From Cyanophyceae cyanobacterium (lineage in GTDB: Bacteria; Cyanobacteriota; Cyanobacteriia; Cyanobacteriales; Laspinemataceae), in NCBI GenBank assembly GCA_038321985.1, contig JBBQFN010000028.1, positions 8,701 through 72,700 of the forward strand: a stretch of DNA of 64,000 nucleotides, in the 5' to 3' direction. Below, piece by piece: positions 10,048 to 20,271 of this stretch. The notes beneath the pieces were generated by a model that worked only from the letters and a program-made list of their open reading frames with translations, ran no database searches and was not told the DNA's origin. Numbering within the stretch: position 1 is the first letter of the stretch; each line of letters begins with the position of its first letter. A program made the translations under genes and the position numbers.

Positions 10048-11439
10048 TTGGAGGATAGACCTATTACTGCCTCTCTCGGTTCGCTCAACATCACCAATTC
10101 TTCCGAAGCTGACCCCTCGGTCCTGCACATTTGGGGAGGCCATCCCCTGCAAGGACAAGTCAAAATTAGCGGGGCAAAAAATGCCGCTTTAGTCATCATG
10201 GCGGGTTCCCTACTCTGTCCGGAACCCTGTCGGTTGCGGAACGTTCCATCCCTGGTAGACGCGATCCGTATGGGTCAAGTGCTTTCGGCCCTTGGAGTGG
10301 ATCTGCAATGGAACGGCGATATCTTGGATATCAACGCTCGGGATATCACTACATCAGAAGCCCCCTACGAATTAGTCAGCCAACTGCGGGCAAGTTTCTT
10401 TGCCATTGGACCTATACTGGCGCGATTGGGAGAAGCCCATATTCCCCTTCCAGGAGGCTGTGCGATCGGGGCTAGACCCGTTGATATCCACGTTCGCGGA
10501 CTACAGGCGCTAGGTGCCAATGTTTACATCGAGCATGGCATGGTTCATGCTTCGGTTCCGGGACGCGATCGCCGCTTAAAAGGCGCTAAATTTTATCTCG
10601 ACTATCCCAGCGTCGGTGCCACTGAAACCCTGATGATGGCGGCTACCCTCGCTGACGGAGAAACGATCCTCGATAATGTGGCCCAAGAGCCAGAAGTCAT
10701 TGATTTGGCGAATTTCTGTAATGCTTTAGGCGCAAAAATTCGAGGTGCGGGCACCAAAACCATTGTGATTGAAGGGGTTCCCCGGCTGCATACGGCTGAC
10801 TATCCCATCATTCCCGATCGCATTGAAGCTGGGACTTTCTTAGTCGCAGGGGCCATTTCTCGCTCGGATATCAGTATTTATCCGGTCATCAGTGATCATT
10901 TGACTCCAGTCATTTCTAAGCTGCGGCAAACTGGCGCTCAAATCATCGCGGAAGGCCCCGATCGCTTGCGGGTGATTGGCCCAGATATCATTCAGGCAAC
11001 GGATATCGAAACCTTGCCCTATCCGGGGTTCCCCACGGATATGCAGGCTCAATTTATGGCCTTGCTGACGGTAAGTAATGGCGATAGCTTGATTAGCGAA
11101 ACGGTCTTTGAAAATCGCCTGCGCCATGTAGCTGAGTTAAACCGCATGGGAGCAGATATTCGAGTTAAAGGCAATACGGCGATCGTGCGAGGTGTACCCA
11201 CCCTTACGGGTGCCCCAGTCATGGCAACAGACCTTCGGGCCTCGGCAGCATTGGCGATCGCAGCTTTAGCGGCCCAGGGTCAAACCACGATTAAAGGGTT
11301 ACAGCATCTTGATCGCGGCTACGAAAACCTCGATCTCAAACTCCAACAGCTAGGGGTTCGGATCAAGCGAGAACCGGCACCTCCTGAGAGCGAAACGAAC
11401 TCACCCACCCTCCAATCCTCTCAATCCACACTAAAATGA
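10048..11439 (+). CDS. murA: UDP-N-acetylglucosamine 1-carboxyvinyltransferase
   Basis: [59 protein letters not shown]. Confidence 0.97.
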   Translation: MEDRPITASLGSLNITNSSEADPSVLHIWGGHPLQGQVKISGAKNAALVIMAGSLLCPEPCRLRNVPSLVDAIRMGQVLSALGVDLQWNGDILDINARDITTSEAPYELVSQLRASFFAIGPILARLGEAHIPLPGGCAIGARPVDIHVRGLQALGANVYIEHGMVHASVPGRDRRLKGAKFYLDYPSVGATETLMMAATLADGETILDNVAQEPEVIDLANFCNALGAKIRGAGTKTIVIEGVPRLHTADYPIIPDRIEAGTFLVAGAISRSDISIYPVISDHLTPVISKLRQTGAQIIAEGPDRLRVIGPDIIQATDIETLPYPGFPTDMQAQFMALLTVSNGDSLISETVFENRLRHVAELNRMGADIRVKGNTAIVRGVPTLTGAPVMATDLRASAALAIAALAAQGQTTIKGLQHLDRGYENLDLKLQQLGVRIKREPAPPESETNSPTLQSSQSTLK

Positions 11440-11521
11440 AAGGGCGAGAGGTTTCCGGGATTCTTTTGCTGTGAATCGGCCTCTCCAGTCTCTTTCGTTA
11501 GACCTTAGTCCCTAAACTGGC

Positions 11522-12397
11522 ATGGCTTTCTTAAAAACACCCCTGATCGGACTCAAAGCAGATGGCTTTCGTCATCCTCTGGATCTAGAAGCAACCCATT
11601 CCCTTAAGCAACTCCCTGGACTCGACCTGATCGTGCGTCAGTTGCTGGGGTCGATTGGTGAACAATTTTTTTACCTGGATAATATTGCTTCTAGCGTTTT
11701 GGTCAGTGAGCAACAGTTGCCCGAGTTGCATCAGTTACTCAAGGAAGCCTGCCAGGTTTTGGATTTAGAGATTCCCGAGCTCTACGTTCGTCAACATCCG
11801 ATGCCGAATGCCTATACGTTTGCGATGCGGGGCAAAAAACCGTTTGTGGTGATTCACACCTCCCTAATCGAACTGCTGACACCGGAAGAAATCCAGGCTG
11901 TGATTGGACATGAGCTCGGGCATCTCAAATGTGAACATGGGGTTTATTTAACCCTGGCAAATCTGATTATGTTAGCCGCAGGACAACTTTCGACGGTGGG
12001 GGCTTTGATTGCCCAAACCCTACAAAGTCAAATTTTGCAGTGGGTCCGATGCGCTGAGTTTAGCTGCGATCGCGCCGCGTTATTAGCGACTCAAGACTCC
12101 CGGGTGGTGAGTTCGGTCCTGATGAAGCTGGCCGGAGGTTCTCCTACCTTGGCCCCAAAACTGAATTTGGATGCCTTTTTGGCTCAAGCGCGTGCTTACG
12201 ATGAGAGCAGCAACACCGAATTAGGACTGCTGCTCAAGGAAGCCCAAACCGGCCAACTCACCCATCCCCTACCCGTACTCCGGGCCAGAGAAATTGATCG
12301 CTGGGCTAGCAGCAAAGATTATGAAACTTTGTTGCAAAAAGGAAAAATGTGTTATAGTAGTGAAACCGAGAAAAAGGGCGAGTGGCGAAATTGGTAG
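11522..12397 (+). CDS. M48-family zinc metallopeptidase
   Basis: PNAYT, HELGH, AEFSCDRAA, THP motifs; last codons overlap tRNA-Leu(CAA). Confidence 0.92.
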   Translation: MAFLKTPLIGLKADGFRHPLDLEATHSLKQLPGLDLIVRQLLGSIGEQFFYLDNIASSVLVSEQQLPELHQLLKEACQVLDLEIPELYVRQHPMPNAYTFAMRGKKPFVVIHTSLIELLTPEEIQAVIGHELGHLKCEHGVYLTLANLIMLAAGQLSTVGALIAQTLQSQILQWVRCAEFSCDRAALLATQDSRVVSSVLMKLAGGSPTLAPKLNLDAFLAQARAYDESSNTELGLLLKEAQTGQLTHPLPVLRAREIDRWASSKDYETLLQKGKMCYSSETEKKGEWRNW

Positions 12398-12457
12398 ACG
12401 CACCACACTCAAAATGTGGCGGCTTCGGTCGTGCGAGTTCGACTCTCGCCTCGCCCA
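12376..12457 (+). tRNA. trnL: tRNA-Leu(CAA)
   Basis: GGGCGAGTGGCGAAATTGGTAGACGCACCACACTCAAAATGTGG...GAGTTCGACTCTCGCCTCGCCCA; anticodon loop CTCAAAA. Confidence 0.96.
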
Positions 12458-12477
12458 CTCTCTAAAATCGGAAGAAT

Positions 12478-12521
12478 AAAAACAGGGGTTTTCAGTCAAA
12501 GGCTGAGAACCCCTGTTTTTT
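12478..12521 (+). terminator. intrinsic terminator after tRNA-Leu(CAA)
   Basis: AAAAACAGGGGTTTTCAG ... CTGAGAACCCCTGTTTTTT. Confidence 0.8.
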
Positions 12522-12531
12522 GATAACGGAC

Positions 12532-12562
12532 TTGACAAGTCCCTGGGAGGTCGCGCTAATAT
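12532..12562 (+). promoter_or_regulatory. sigma70-type promoter of the small basic ORF
   Basis: Perfect TTGACA at 12532, -10-like GCTAATAT about 17-19 nt downstream, RBS AAAGGAG before the ATG at 12609. Confidence 0.6.
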
Positions 12563-12608
12563 AGAAGAAGTGACCTGAATCAATCTTGGACCCAAAAGGA
12601 GCGAGAAA

Positions 12609-12842
12609 ATGGCTCAACGGCTAAAAAGCTGGGAGTCTCCTCGTCAAGAGGGGAGAAACCGCAAAGGCAAAGGTGGCAGTGCTCGCCAACGACAACTCAA
12701 GAAGCAGCAGCAGATGTTGCGGAAGAAATTAAAAGGGGAAACCCTAACAGGCGATCGGAAACTAGATAAAAATAAAGAGAAGAGAACCGAAGTTCTCTTC
12801 TCTTTTTATTTAGGGACTCACCAGCCGCTTAGTTTGCCCTAA
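12609..12842 (+). CDS. small Lys/Arg-rich protein; candidate ArfA/BrfA-like alternative ribosome-rescue factor
   Basis: Own promoter and RBS; MAQRLKSWESPRQEGRNRKGKGGSARQRQLKK...; intrinsic terminator inside the CDS. The ORF is well supported; the function is inference. Confidence 0.6.
   Translation: MAQRLKSWESPRQEGRNRKGKGGSARQRQLKKQQQMLRKKLKGETLTGDRKLDKNKEKRTEVLFSFYLGTHQPLSLP
12777..12811. terminator. intrinsic terminator inside the 12609-12842 CDS; possibly bidirectional
   Basis: Stem GAGAAGAGAAC / loop CGAA / GTTCTCTTCTC, then TTTTTATTT; an A-rich tract lies on the upstream side. Confidence 0.75.
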
Positions 12843-12843
12843 T

Positions 12844-13470
12844 TTAGGGGTTAGGCATTGGCTGAACTGACTTGGCTACAATCGCAGGTCTGTCCGTGTA
12901 TTCCCGTTCTATATCGGTGCGTAAAGTATCATCCCAGCCGAGATCGTATTCCCGTTCGATTTCCGTAATCACCAACTGACGAACCTCACCCGTAACTTGG
13001 ACTTGGCTATCTTCCGTCAGAGGAACTTCAGAACCTGTGGTAATAACGATCACATCATCACCGCCAACGGCCTGATCTTCTTGAATCCGGAAGACATTAG
13101 GTCCCAGGACTTCTGCCACTTGACCATTAACTGTCACGGTTTGACCCATAAACTGATTGGGGTTCTCCGCGACTTCCTCCAACTCAGTCACCATTGTGGT
13201 TGTACTCATACCTGGGGTCATTGTGGGTTCAGTTCCCGGAGTGGTTGTAGTGGTAGTTCCCGGGGTCATTGTAGTTTCAGTTTCCGGGGTCATTGTGGGA
13301 GCAGTTTCAGTTTCTGTTGTAGTAGTCGATTGAGTATCGGCTTCGCAAGCAGGCAGCACTAAGAGCATTAATCCCAAAGCGATCGCGCCGTTAATTTTTC
13401 CGACGAGAGAAGAAACGCCTAGCTGATGGCTGCGTTTGTTAAGCGAAGTCTTGTTAAATTTATTTAGCAT
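12844..13470 (-). CDS. putative lipoprotein with Thr/Pro-rich repeats and a C-terminal OB-fold-like domain
   Basis: Hydrophobic stretch ending in LPAC lipobox; TTMTP(G/E)T repeats; GQTVTVNGQVAEV...VQVTGEVR. Confidence 0.75.
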   Translation of the reverse strand: MLNKFNKTSLNKRSHQLGVSSLVGKINGAIALGLMLLVLPACEADTQSTTTTETETAPTMTPETETTMTPGTTTTTTPGTEPTMTPGMSTTTMVTELEEVAENPNQFMGQTVTVNGQVAEVLGPNVFRIQEDQAVGGDDVIVITTGSEVPLTEDSQVQVTGEVRQLVITEIEREYDLGWDDTLRTDIEREYTDRPAIVAKSVQPMPNP

Positions 13471-14430
13471 TGAGAAACCTCCGATAAAAACTGTCAGACA
13501 ATTTTGACAATAAAGGACAATGTTCGCACTGATAAATTAGGCAAAAAAAGAGTCAGCCTGAATTAAAGTGGAGTCTATTGCCGTTACTCTAAGGAAAAAG
13601 CCTGTCGAAGCGCATCTTTCTTTAGAAGTAGATAGGTGGAATGACTCCCGTCAGATTTTTTTATATTCCTCGGGACTGGGGAATAGGGCTTTAATCTAAG
13701 TAGGCTGAAATGGATGCTTACTAGGTCACCAGTATCTCCTGTGGACGCAGACCCAAGATGATTAGCAGGTTCTCTCACCCTGGATCAAGGGATCCTATCC
13801 TGATGTGGAGTTCAGAAACCCGTTTGCTGTCGTGACTTACCCGGCTTTAAGGCGATCGCTCAAGCAACTGTCCCCCCACGGATCTCAGCCTGGGTTCCCC
13901 TAAATTCAGCCTCTCATTGAAGGGGATGTTTACTTAAGTTCATAATAGGAAGAGAATTCACTCACCTTTGTGTAAACCTTTATCTCTTATGCTGGTTTTT
14001 TAATAAAATGATGATAAGTTAATAAATGAAGCCTAAAGAGCTTCCCTGGCAGAGAACAGCCGACAAGTTCAAGTTAGTTTAAAGAGGTTCAAGCTGTTTA
14101 ATCTAAAATCTGTCTCGTACCAAAACCAAAACAGCACCCAAACCGAGGGCTGATATTTCCTCAAATAGTGGAATCGGCAGTAATACACCTAAACTTTTTA
14201 AGTTAGGCAGTCTGCGAACATTGAACAAGAGAGGAAATTACTCAGCGAGTACGTCTTGGGTGTTGTTTTGTTTGGGTGTCAGTTGCCGGGAAACTTTATT
14301 TTAAAAGCAATCCCATCGTAAATAGTCTGATAAAACCCGCAGCCTCAAGACAGAGCCTCTCCTGCGCGGGCTAAAGAGAAAACAGACCTTTTAAAATCGT
14401 ATAGAGTTTAATGGGGATCTTTTTTTTTCG

Positions 14431-15996
14431 TTAATTGCTTGATCGCACGAACTGCGGCAAAACCTTAAGTAAATAGTCGCTTAAAGTCACTGCATCTACC
14501 CCTAACTCAGTGCGAGCAGCAGCAGCGGAAATAGCAGCCTGTGCGTGCCACCACACCGCAGTTTGGATCATGGGATCAACGGGCATTTTCCTAGCGATCG
14601 CCTGAGCAATTAATCCACTGGATAAGCCCGTTAAGACATCACCACTGCCACCTCTTGCCAATGCGGGGGTGCTTTCGGGGTTAATCCAAACGGATCCATC
14701 GGGATAAGCGATCGCAGTTCGAGCTTGTTTGAGCGTCACAACGGCCCCACTTTGTTGAGAAGCCTGACGCACCGCAGTGATGGGATCTGGGGATGCCATC
14801 GGATCCGAAAACAGCCGCTTAAATTCTCCAGGATGCGGCGTCAAGAGGGTAAAGGCTTGTCGTTGGGAGAGGGTGGGAATTGTCCCCAATTGCGCCAAGG
14901 CATTTAATCCATCCGCGTCTAAAATCAAGGGGCGATCGCTCTCTAATACTGCCTTTACCACTCCTAGCGCATCCAGGGTCAAGCCACATCCACAGGCGAT
15001 CGCATCAAAAGACCTCAACTCAATGCTATCGGGTAAATGGGCGATCGCGCCGGATTCCGTTTGGGGACATCCGACAATCAACGCATCCGCTAATTGCTGA
15101 CTCATGTAGGGTTTGAGAGAGTGGGGAACGGCGATCGTCAACATTCCCACACCCGATGCCTTAGCACCTAACCCGCATAACAGCGCGGCACCCATATACC
15201 GTTGAGAACCGCAAATTGCCAGGAGATGCCCCTGTTTATACTTATGAGTAGACTGGGGACGGGGAAGCGGCAGATGGGCGACTGCCACCGCTGAAGTAAT
15301 CCGCTGGATCCGAGGGCGATCGGCCAAAACTGCCTGAATATCCGCCAATGGGATATCAAAATCAATTAATTCCACTTTACCCACATTCACCAACGCTTTA
15401 TCATGGAACAATCCTAATTTCCATAACCCCAGGCAAAATGTATGGGTTGCTTGAATTGCTGTACCTAAAACTGCTCCCGTATCCGTATGCAACCCCGAGG
15501 GTAAATCAATACTAATCACAGGTTTCAACTTTTGATTCAAACGTTCAATTGCCTCCGCAATTTCCCCAGAAATTGGGCGGTTCAATCCGAATCCAAATAA
15601 TCCATCTACAATCAAATTACAATCCAGAAGTGGTTCTATTTTATCAAAAAAAATTACTCCTAAACTGGCTACATATTCACCCTGTTTTTTGGTCAGTTCC
15701 TTACCTTTAGGAAGCGGACGATAAATCAGCACTTCATATCCAGCAAAATGCAATTCTCGGGCCACCACTAAGGCATCTCCACCATTGTGACCCGGACCAA
15801 CTAAAACACCAATCCGCTGGACTGTTTCCCGAGGATACAGGGTGAGGATGCGTTGAAAAATGGCCTGCGCTACCTTTTCCATCAAAGCAGCTACGGGCAT
15901 TCCTGCTGCAAACAATCGCCCTTCAATTGCACTCATTTGTGCTGAAGTGACAATCAATTGATGAATCTGATTTTGGCGTTCTTGCAGTTGTGTCAC
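14431..15996 (-). CDS. nnr: bifunctional NAD(P)HX epimerase/dehydratase
   Basis: GPGHNGGDA, DGLFGFG, IDLPSG (YjeF_N); HKYKQG, LDADGL, TPHPGEF, LARGGSGDVLTG (kinase-like domain). Confidence 0.93.
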   Translation of the reverse strand: MTQLQERQNQIHQLIVTSAQMSAIEGRLFAAGMPVAALMEKVAQAIFQRILTLYPRETVQRIGVLVGPGHNGGDALVVARELHFAGYEVLIYRPLPKGKELTKKQGEYVASLGVIFFDKIEPLLDCNLIVDGLFGFGLNRPISGEIAEAIERLNQKLKPVISIDLPSGLHTDTGAVLGTAIQATHTFCLGLWKLGLFHDKALVNVGKVELIDFDIPLADIQAVLADRPRIQRITSAVAVAHLPLPRPQSTHKYKQGHLLAICGSQRYMGAALLCGLGAKASGVGMLTIAVPHSLKPYMSQQLADALIVGCPQTESGAIAHLPDSIELRSFDAIACGCGLTLDALGVVKAVLESDRPLILDADGLNALAQLGTIPTLSQRQAFTLLTPHPGEFKRLFSDPMASPDPITAVRQASQQSGAVVTLKQARTAIAYPDGSVWINPESTPALARGGSGDVLTGLSSGLIAQAIARKMPVDPMIQTAVWWHAQAAISAAAARTELGVDAVTLSDYLLKVLPQFVRSSN

Positions 15997-16112
15997 GGTG
16001 CTGTTTTCTGGATTAAGGGATAACTCAAACGGCAGAGAGATAAATGATAAAGAACCACCAGGGGGAGCATTTTGCTCCTTATCCTGTTTGCTCTATAAAA
16101 TTATTAAATCCA

Positions 16113-16970
16113 TCAATCATATTGATAAACCCGAGCCTCAATTCCAAAATTCCGGATATACCCGCTTTCTTGTTGAGCTGTAATGCGATCAGGATAAGGT
16201 CCAATTGCTAAATGGGGTCCAAATGGGAGAGTCCGAATCGAGATTTCTTGAGAGGCAATTCCGGCAGTAGTTAATTGATTGGTAATCCGGGAAAAGTCGT
16301 TTGAATTGCCGGGAATAATTACAAAATAGGGATTAGAAATTCCTAAAGGAGTGACGGAATCCGAAGCACCAGCGACTGGCTGTGGCATCGAGTCAATCGT
16401 ACCAATCGCCGAGCGAATCCCTACCAGTAATTCTAATTCTCTCGCTCGTCGGTAGGCATTGGAGTTATTAACAAACATCCCTGCTTGAATCACCGTTCTT
16501 CCGTCCAAATCCTTAATAAATGCCTCCGGTTCGATTAACCGAACTTGGGCGAGCACAATCGGGTTATTCGTGGGGATATAGACCACATAACGCTTAGAAC
16601 TAGGCAGGGGAGGCAGGTACGGAGGCACGGGAGGGACATCAAACCAGGGGCTTGGTCCAGGGTCCGCGAAGGGGGCTTGCTGCTGGGGAACTGCTAGTTG
16701 GGGTAGTGGTTGAGGCTGTTGCGGTAGCTGTTGTGGAAATTGTTGCAGGGTTGGAAGTGGGGAAAGAGTTTGGGCGATCGCCCCCTGAGACGGCAGCAGA
16801 ATCTTAGCGCTGACTCCCACACTCAAACCGACAGCTAAAATCGTTCCTCCCCAGTAAGAGAGCGATCGCGCACAGTGCCATTGACGATTCTTGAGATTGA
16901 ACGAAGCGAATCGTAGATTTTCCATACCGGGATATCCACTTACCAAGCAGTGTTTAAGGTTTTTAGCCAC
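16113..16970 (-). CDS. exported Pro/Gln-rich protein with SPOR-like repeats
   Basis: TM/signal segment, P/Q-rich linker, IQAGMF..NA.RR and GPHLAIGPY.DR..A..GIEARVY; start uncertain. Confidence 0.6.
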   Translation of the reverse strand: MAKNLKHCLVSGYPGMENLRFASFNLKNRQWHCARSLSYWGGTILAVGLSVGVSAKILLPSQGAIAQTLSPLPTLQQFPQQLPQQPQPLPQLAVPQQQAPFADPGPSPWFDVPPVPPYLPPLPSSKRYVVYIPTNNPIVLAQVRLIEPEAFIKDLDGRTVIQAGMFVNNSNAYRRARELELLVGIRSAIGTIDSMPQPVAGASDSVTPLGISNPYFVIIPGNSNDFSRITNQLTTAGIASQEISIRTLPFGPHLAIGPYPDRITAQQESGYIRNFGIEARVYQYD

Positions 16971-17115
16971 TCTAACACAGGAAATTAGAGGCTTTTTCCC
17001 CAGGAACCGAAAATGTAAATTAATTCGATCCTTAATTCAAACTCGATCTGTTAGCCTAGAAAGAGATTGTTATTGTTTGGCCGAACTGTCTAGATAGTGG
17101 CCTTTTAAGGGATTT

Positions 17116-18174
17116 ATGAGCAAAGTCGTCGTTGGCCTCTCCGGCGGAGTTGATAGTTCAACCGCAGCCGCCATCCTACATCATCAGGGATATGAAGTCA
17201 TTGGTATTACCCTATGGTTAATGAAGGGGAAAGGTCAGTGCTGCTCTGAGGGCATGGTCGATGCTGCCTCTATTTGTGAAGCGTTGAACATTCCCCACCA
17301 CATTGTCGATACTCGCCAGTTGTTTCAAGAGAAAATTGTCGATTACTTGGTGGCGGGATATAGTGCCGGGTTCACCCCATTACCCTGTTCCCAGTGCAAT
17401 CGGGCTGTGAAATTTGGCCCCATGCTAAGTTATGCCCATGAAGAATTAGGGGTTGATAAAATTGCGACGGGACACTACGCCCGAGTCAACTACGACGAAG
17501 CGACACAACGCTATCAGTTAATCCGCGCCGTTGATCGCAATAAAGATCAGTCTTACTTTTTGTACGACTTAACTCAAAAATTGCTAGGGGGATGTATGTT
17601 TCCCTTGGGTGAAATCACCAAGACTGAAACCAGGCGGATTGCTGCCGAATATGGACTACAAACCGCTGAAAAGCCAGAAAGCCAAGATTTATGCTTAGTG
17701 GAAGCCCACGGGTCCATGCAGACCTTTTTGGAACAGTACATCCAGCCCCAGAAAGGGGACATTGTAGATGTCCAAGGGAAGGTGTTAGGACAGCATGAGG
17801 GAATCCATCGCTACACGATCGGACAGCGGAAAGGGATCGGGGTTGCAGCAGCAGAACCCTTGTATGTAGTGGCATTGGATGCAGTCAAGAATCGGGTGAT
17901 TGTGGGCGATCGCGCCTCGGCAACAGAACCGAGTTTCACCGTTGATCGCGTAAATTGGGTTTCGATCGCCCCACCCACTGCGCCGATTCGTGCAGAAGTT
18001 CAGATTCGGTATCGGACTTCGCCCGTTCCAGTGACTGTGATTCCCGAAGATGGGGGACATCGTGCCAAGCTGGTTTTTGACGAACCGCAGTTTGGGGTAA
18101 CTCCAGGACAAGCAGCAGTTTGGTACGACGGCGATCGCGTTCTCGGGGGCGGGATTATCGAGCAGTTGTCCTAG
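17116..18174 (+). CDS. mnmA: tRNA-specific 2-thiouridylase MnmA
   Basis: [53 protein letters not shown]. Confidence 0.97.
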   Translation: MSKVVVGLSGGVDSSTAAAILHHQGYEVIGITLWLMKGKGQCCSEGMVDAASICEALNIPHHIVDTRQLFQEKIVDYLVAGYSAGFTPLPCSQCNRAVKFGPMLSYAHEELGVDKIATGHYARVNYDEATQRYQLIRAVDRNKDQSYFLYDLTQKLLGGCMFPLGEITKTETRRIAAEYGLQTAEKPESQDLCLVEAHGSMQTFLEQYIQPQKGDIVDVQGKVLGQHEGIHRYTIGQRKGIGVAAAEPLYVVALDAVKNRVIVGDRASATEPSFTVDRVNWVSIAPPTAPIRAEVQIRYRTSPVPVTVIPEDGGHRAKLVFDEPQFGVTPGQAAVWYDGDRVLGGGIIEQLS

Positions 18175-18223
18175 GGGGAGTACATCGGAAAAGAACCTAT
18201 CCAGTACCCGTTGGCATAAAACA

Positions 18224-18330
18224 AGAAACCCGGTTTCTCACCTATCCTCTTCCCCTCAGCTTAAAAAATTTAAACGCCCCAATATCAACAACCCGGTTTT
18301 TCAACAAAGCCGGGTTGTTGATATTGGGGC
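18224..18330. repeat. AGAAACCCGGTTTCT palindromic repeat plus a 21-bp perfect inverted repeat
   Basis: Palindrome at 18224-18238; GCCCCAATATCAACAACCCGG (18276-18296) pairs with 18310-18330. Confidence 0.7.
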
Positions 18331-18445
18331 AATCATCCAACGAATGCGATCGCCCAGAATCGAGTCGTGCCAAACGTCCCGGATACCAGTATGATAAAAA
18401 ATTAGCAAAGATTAAGAATTGAACTATATCTAAAGAGGGATCATT

Positions 18446-19627
18446 TTGAGTCAACATCCAGATGCGATCGCCCCCCACGGCGGTCACCTAATTAACCGTA
18501 TTGTCAGCTCCGCTCAAAAGCAGGAATTTTTCGACCAAGGGGAAACAATGCCCCGCGTGCAACTTACGGAGCGATCGCTCAGTGACCTGATCCTGATTGC
18601 CATTGGGGGCTTTAGCCCTCTAACTGGCTTTATGGACCAAAAAGATTACGAGCCCGTAGTCACCGATATGCGCTTGGCGAATGGTCTCCCCTGGTCCGTT
18701 CCCATTACCCTCCCCGTTACCGAAGAAGTCGCCGAACCCCTCAAAGAAGGCAGTTTGGTCCGCTTAGATAACTCCGACGGTCAATTTGTAGGCGTCCTGG
18801 AACTCACCCAAAAATATCGCTACGACAAAGCTTTAGAAGCGGTAAACGTCTATCGCACGGAAGAGATAAAGCACCCCGGCGTCCAAGTCTTGCATGAACA
18901 AGGCCCCATTAACTTAGCAGGACCGATTTGGTTACTCGATCGCGAAGCGCATCCCCAGTTTCCTAATTACCAAATCGACCCCGCCGAGTCTCGCCAACTA
19001 TTTCGGGAAAAAGGGTGGAAATCCATCGTCGCCTTCCAAACCCGCAACCCCATCCACCGCGCCCACGAATACATTACCAAATGCGCTTTGGAAAGTGTGG
19101 ATGCCTTATTCCTGCATCCCTTAGTCGGTGTAACTAAGGGGGATGATATTCCCGCCGATGTCCGGATGCGCTGCTATGAAATTCTTATGGAAAAATATTA
19201 CCCGAAAGAGCGGGTAATATTAGCAATTAACCCCGCTGCCATGCGCTATGCCGGACCTAGAGAAGCGATTTTCCACGCCTTGCTCCGCAAAAATTATGGC
19301 TGCACCCATTTTATTGTCGGTCGGGATCATGCTGGGGTCGGCGACTACTACGGCACCTACGATGCTCAACATATTTTTGATGAGTTTGAACCCGGGGAAT
19401 TGGGGATCGTGCCGATGAAGTTTGAACACGCTTTCTTCTGCATGGTGACCAAAGGCATGGCAACGGCGAAAACCAGTCCGAGTAATCGAGACCAGCAGAT
19501 TCACCTCTCCGGTACTAAGGTGCGGGAAATGCTGCGGAATGGGGAGTTACCCCCCCCTGAGTTTTCCCGTCCAGAAGTGGCTGCCGAACTTGCCCGGGCG
19601 ATGCGGGTAAAGGTTGAGTCGCATTAA
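18446..19627 (+). CDS. sat: sulfate adenylyltransferase
   Basis: [55 protein letters not shown]. Confidence 0.97.
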   Translation: MSQHPDAIAPHGGHLINRIVSSAQKQEFFDQGETMPRVQLTERSLSDLILIAIGGFSPLTGFMDQKDYEPVVTDMRLANGLPWSVPITLPVTEEVAEPLKEGSLVRLDNSDGQFVGVLELTQKYRYDKALEAVNVYRTEEIKHPGVQVLHEQGPINLAGPIWLLDREAHPQFPNYQIDPAESRQLFREKGWKSIVAFQTRNPIHRAHEYITKCALESVDALFLHPLVGVTKGDDIPADVRMRCYEILMEKYYPKERVILAINPAAMRYAGPREAIFHALLRKNYGCTHFIVGRDHAGVGDYYGTYDAQHIFDEFEPGELGIVPMKFEHAFFCMVTKGMATAKTSPSNRDQQIHLSGTKVREMLRNGELPPPEFSRPEVAAELARAMRVKVESH

Positions 19628-20271
19628 CTCATTTGGGATCGGTTAGTCCCCGGGTTGAGAATCCGATGTGATGGGTTAACAAAAACTTGAGAGGTTTCTA
19701 GGGACAGGGCACCCCCTTGTCCTGCCCTAGCCTTGATTGGCGATCGCCTCAAGATAAACCTGCAGCCAAAGCAGACAGGACAACAAATCCCCTCACCTGC
19801 TTTTGACCGATCGCAACTGAAGGGGTATCATGGACCAAGCGGCGGATCCCTCTACGCCTCAACATGGCGAAATAATTCCTAAAATTTTGCCAGTTTGTGT
19901 CCATTGGGAAACGCAACTGGTGGGAGAAGAGGGCGAGCACCAACGCCCGAAAAGTATTGGCATTCAAAACCGGCGATCGCTCAACCGAATTGAATAAAAA
20001 AATATAAAAGATTAGGGTTCAACGGGAGGCTAGACCTCACTGAATTTAAAAGGGGTAGGGAGACACAACGGGAAGGAAGACCCGACGGGCGATCGCAACG
20101 GGTCCCGGTATAAAGTGCCTCTTATCATAAAATTAAAGGAATGGACTCACCATCATGAGACCGTGATGAAACCATGATGAGTTACCTCGAAACAAGCCTC
20201 GCCTCGGGTTGAAACGAGTCCATCCCGGTTTAAAAATAAGCGTTATAAGGGTAAGAAGGACTATTTAGGGA

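Noticed and set aside
12269..12595. ORFs overlapping tRNA-Leu(CAA) (12269-12595 -, 12294-12479 +)
   Set aside because: Typical translations of tRNA sequence, not proteins.
19749..19997. Small ORFs between sat and the caspase homolog (19749-19967 -, and 19830-19997 + MDQAADPSTP...)
   Set aside because: Neither has a recognisable family; the plus-strand one has an RBS-like GAAGGGG but no other support.
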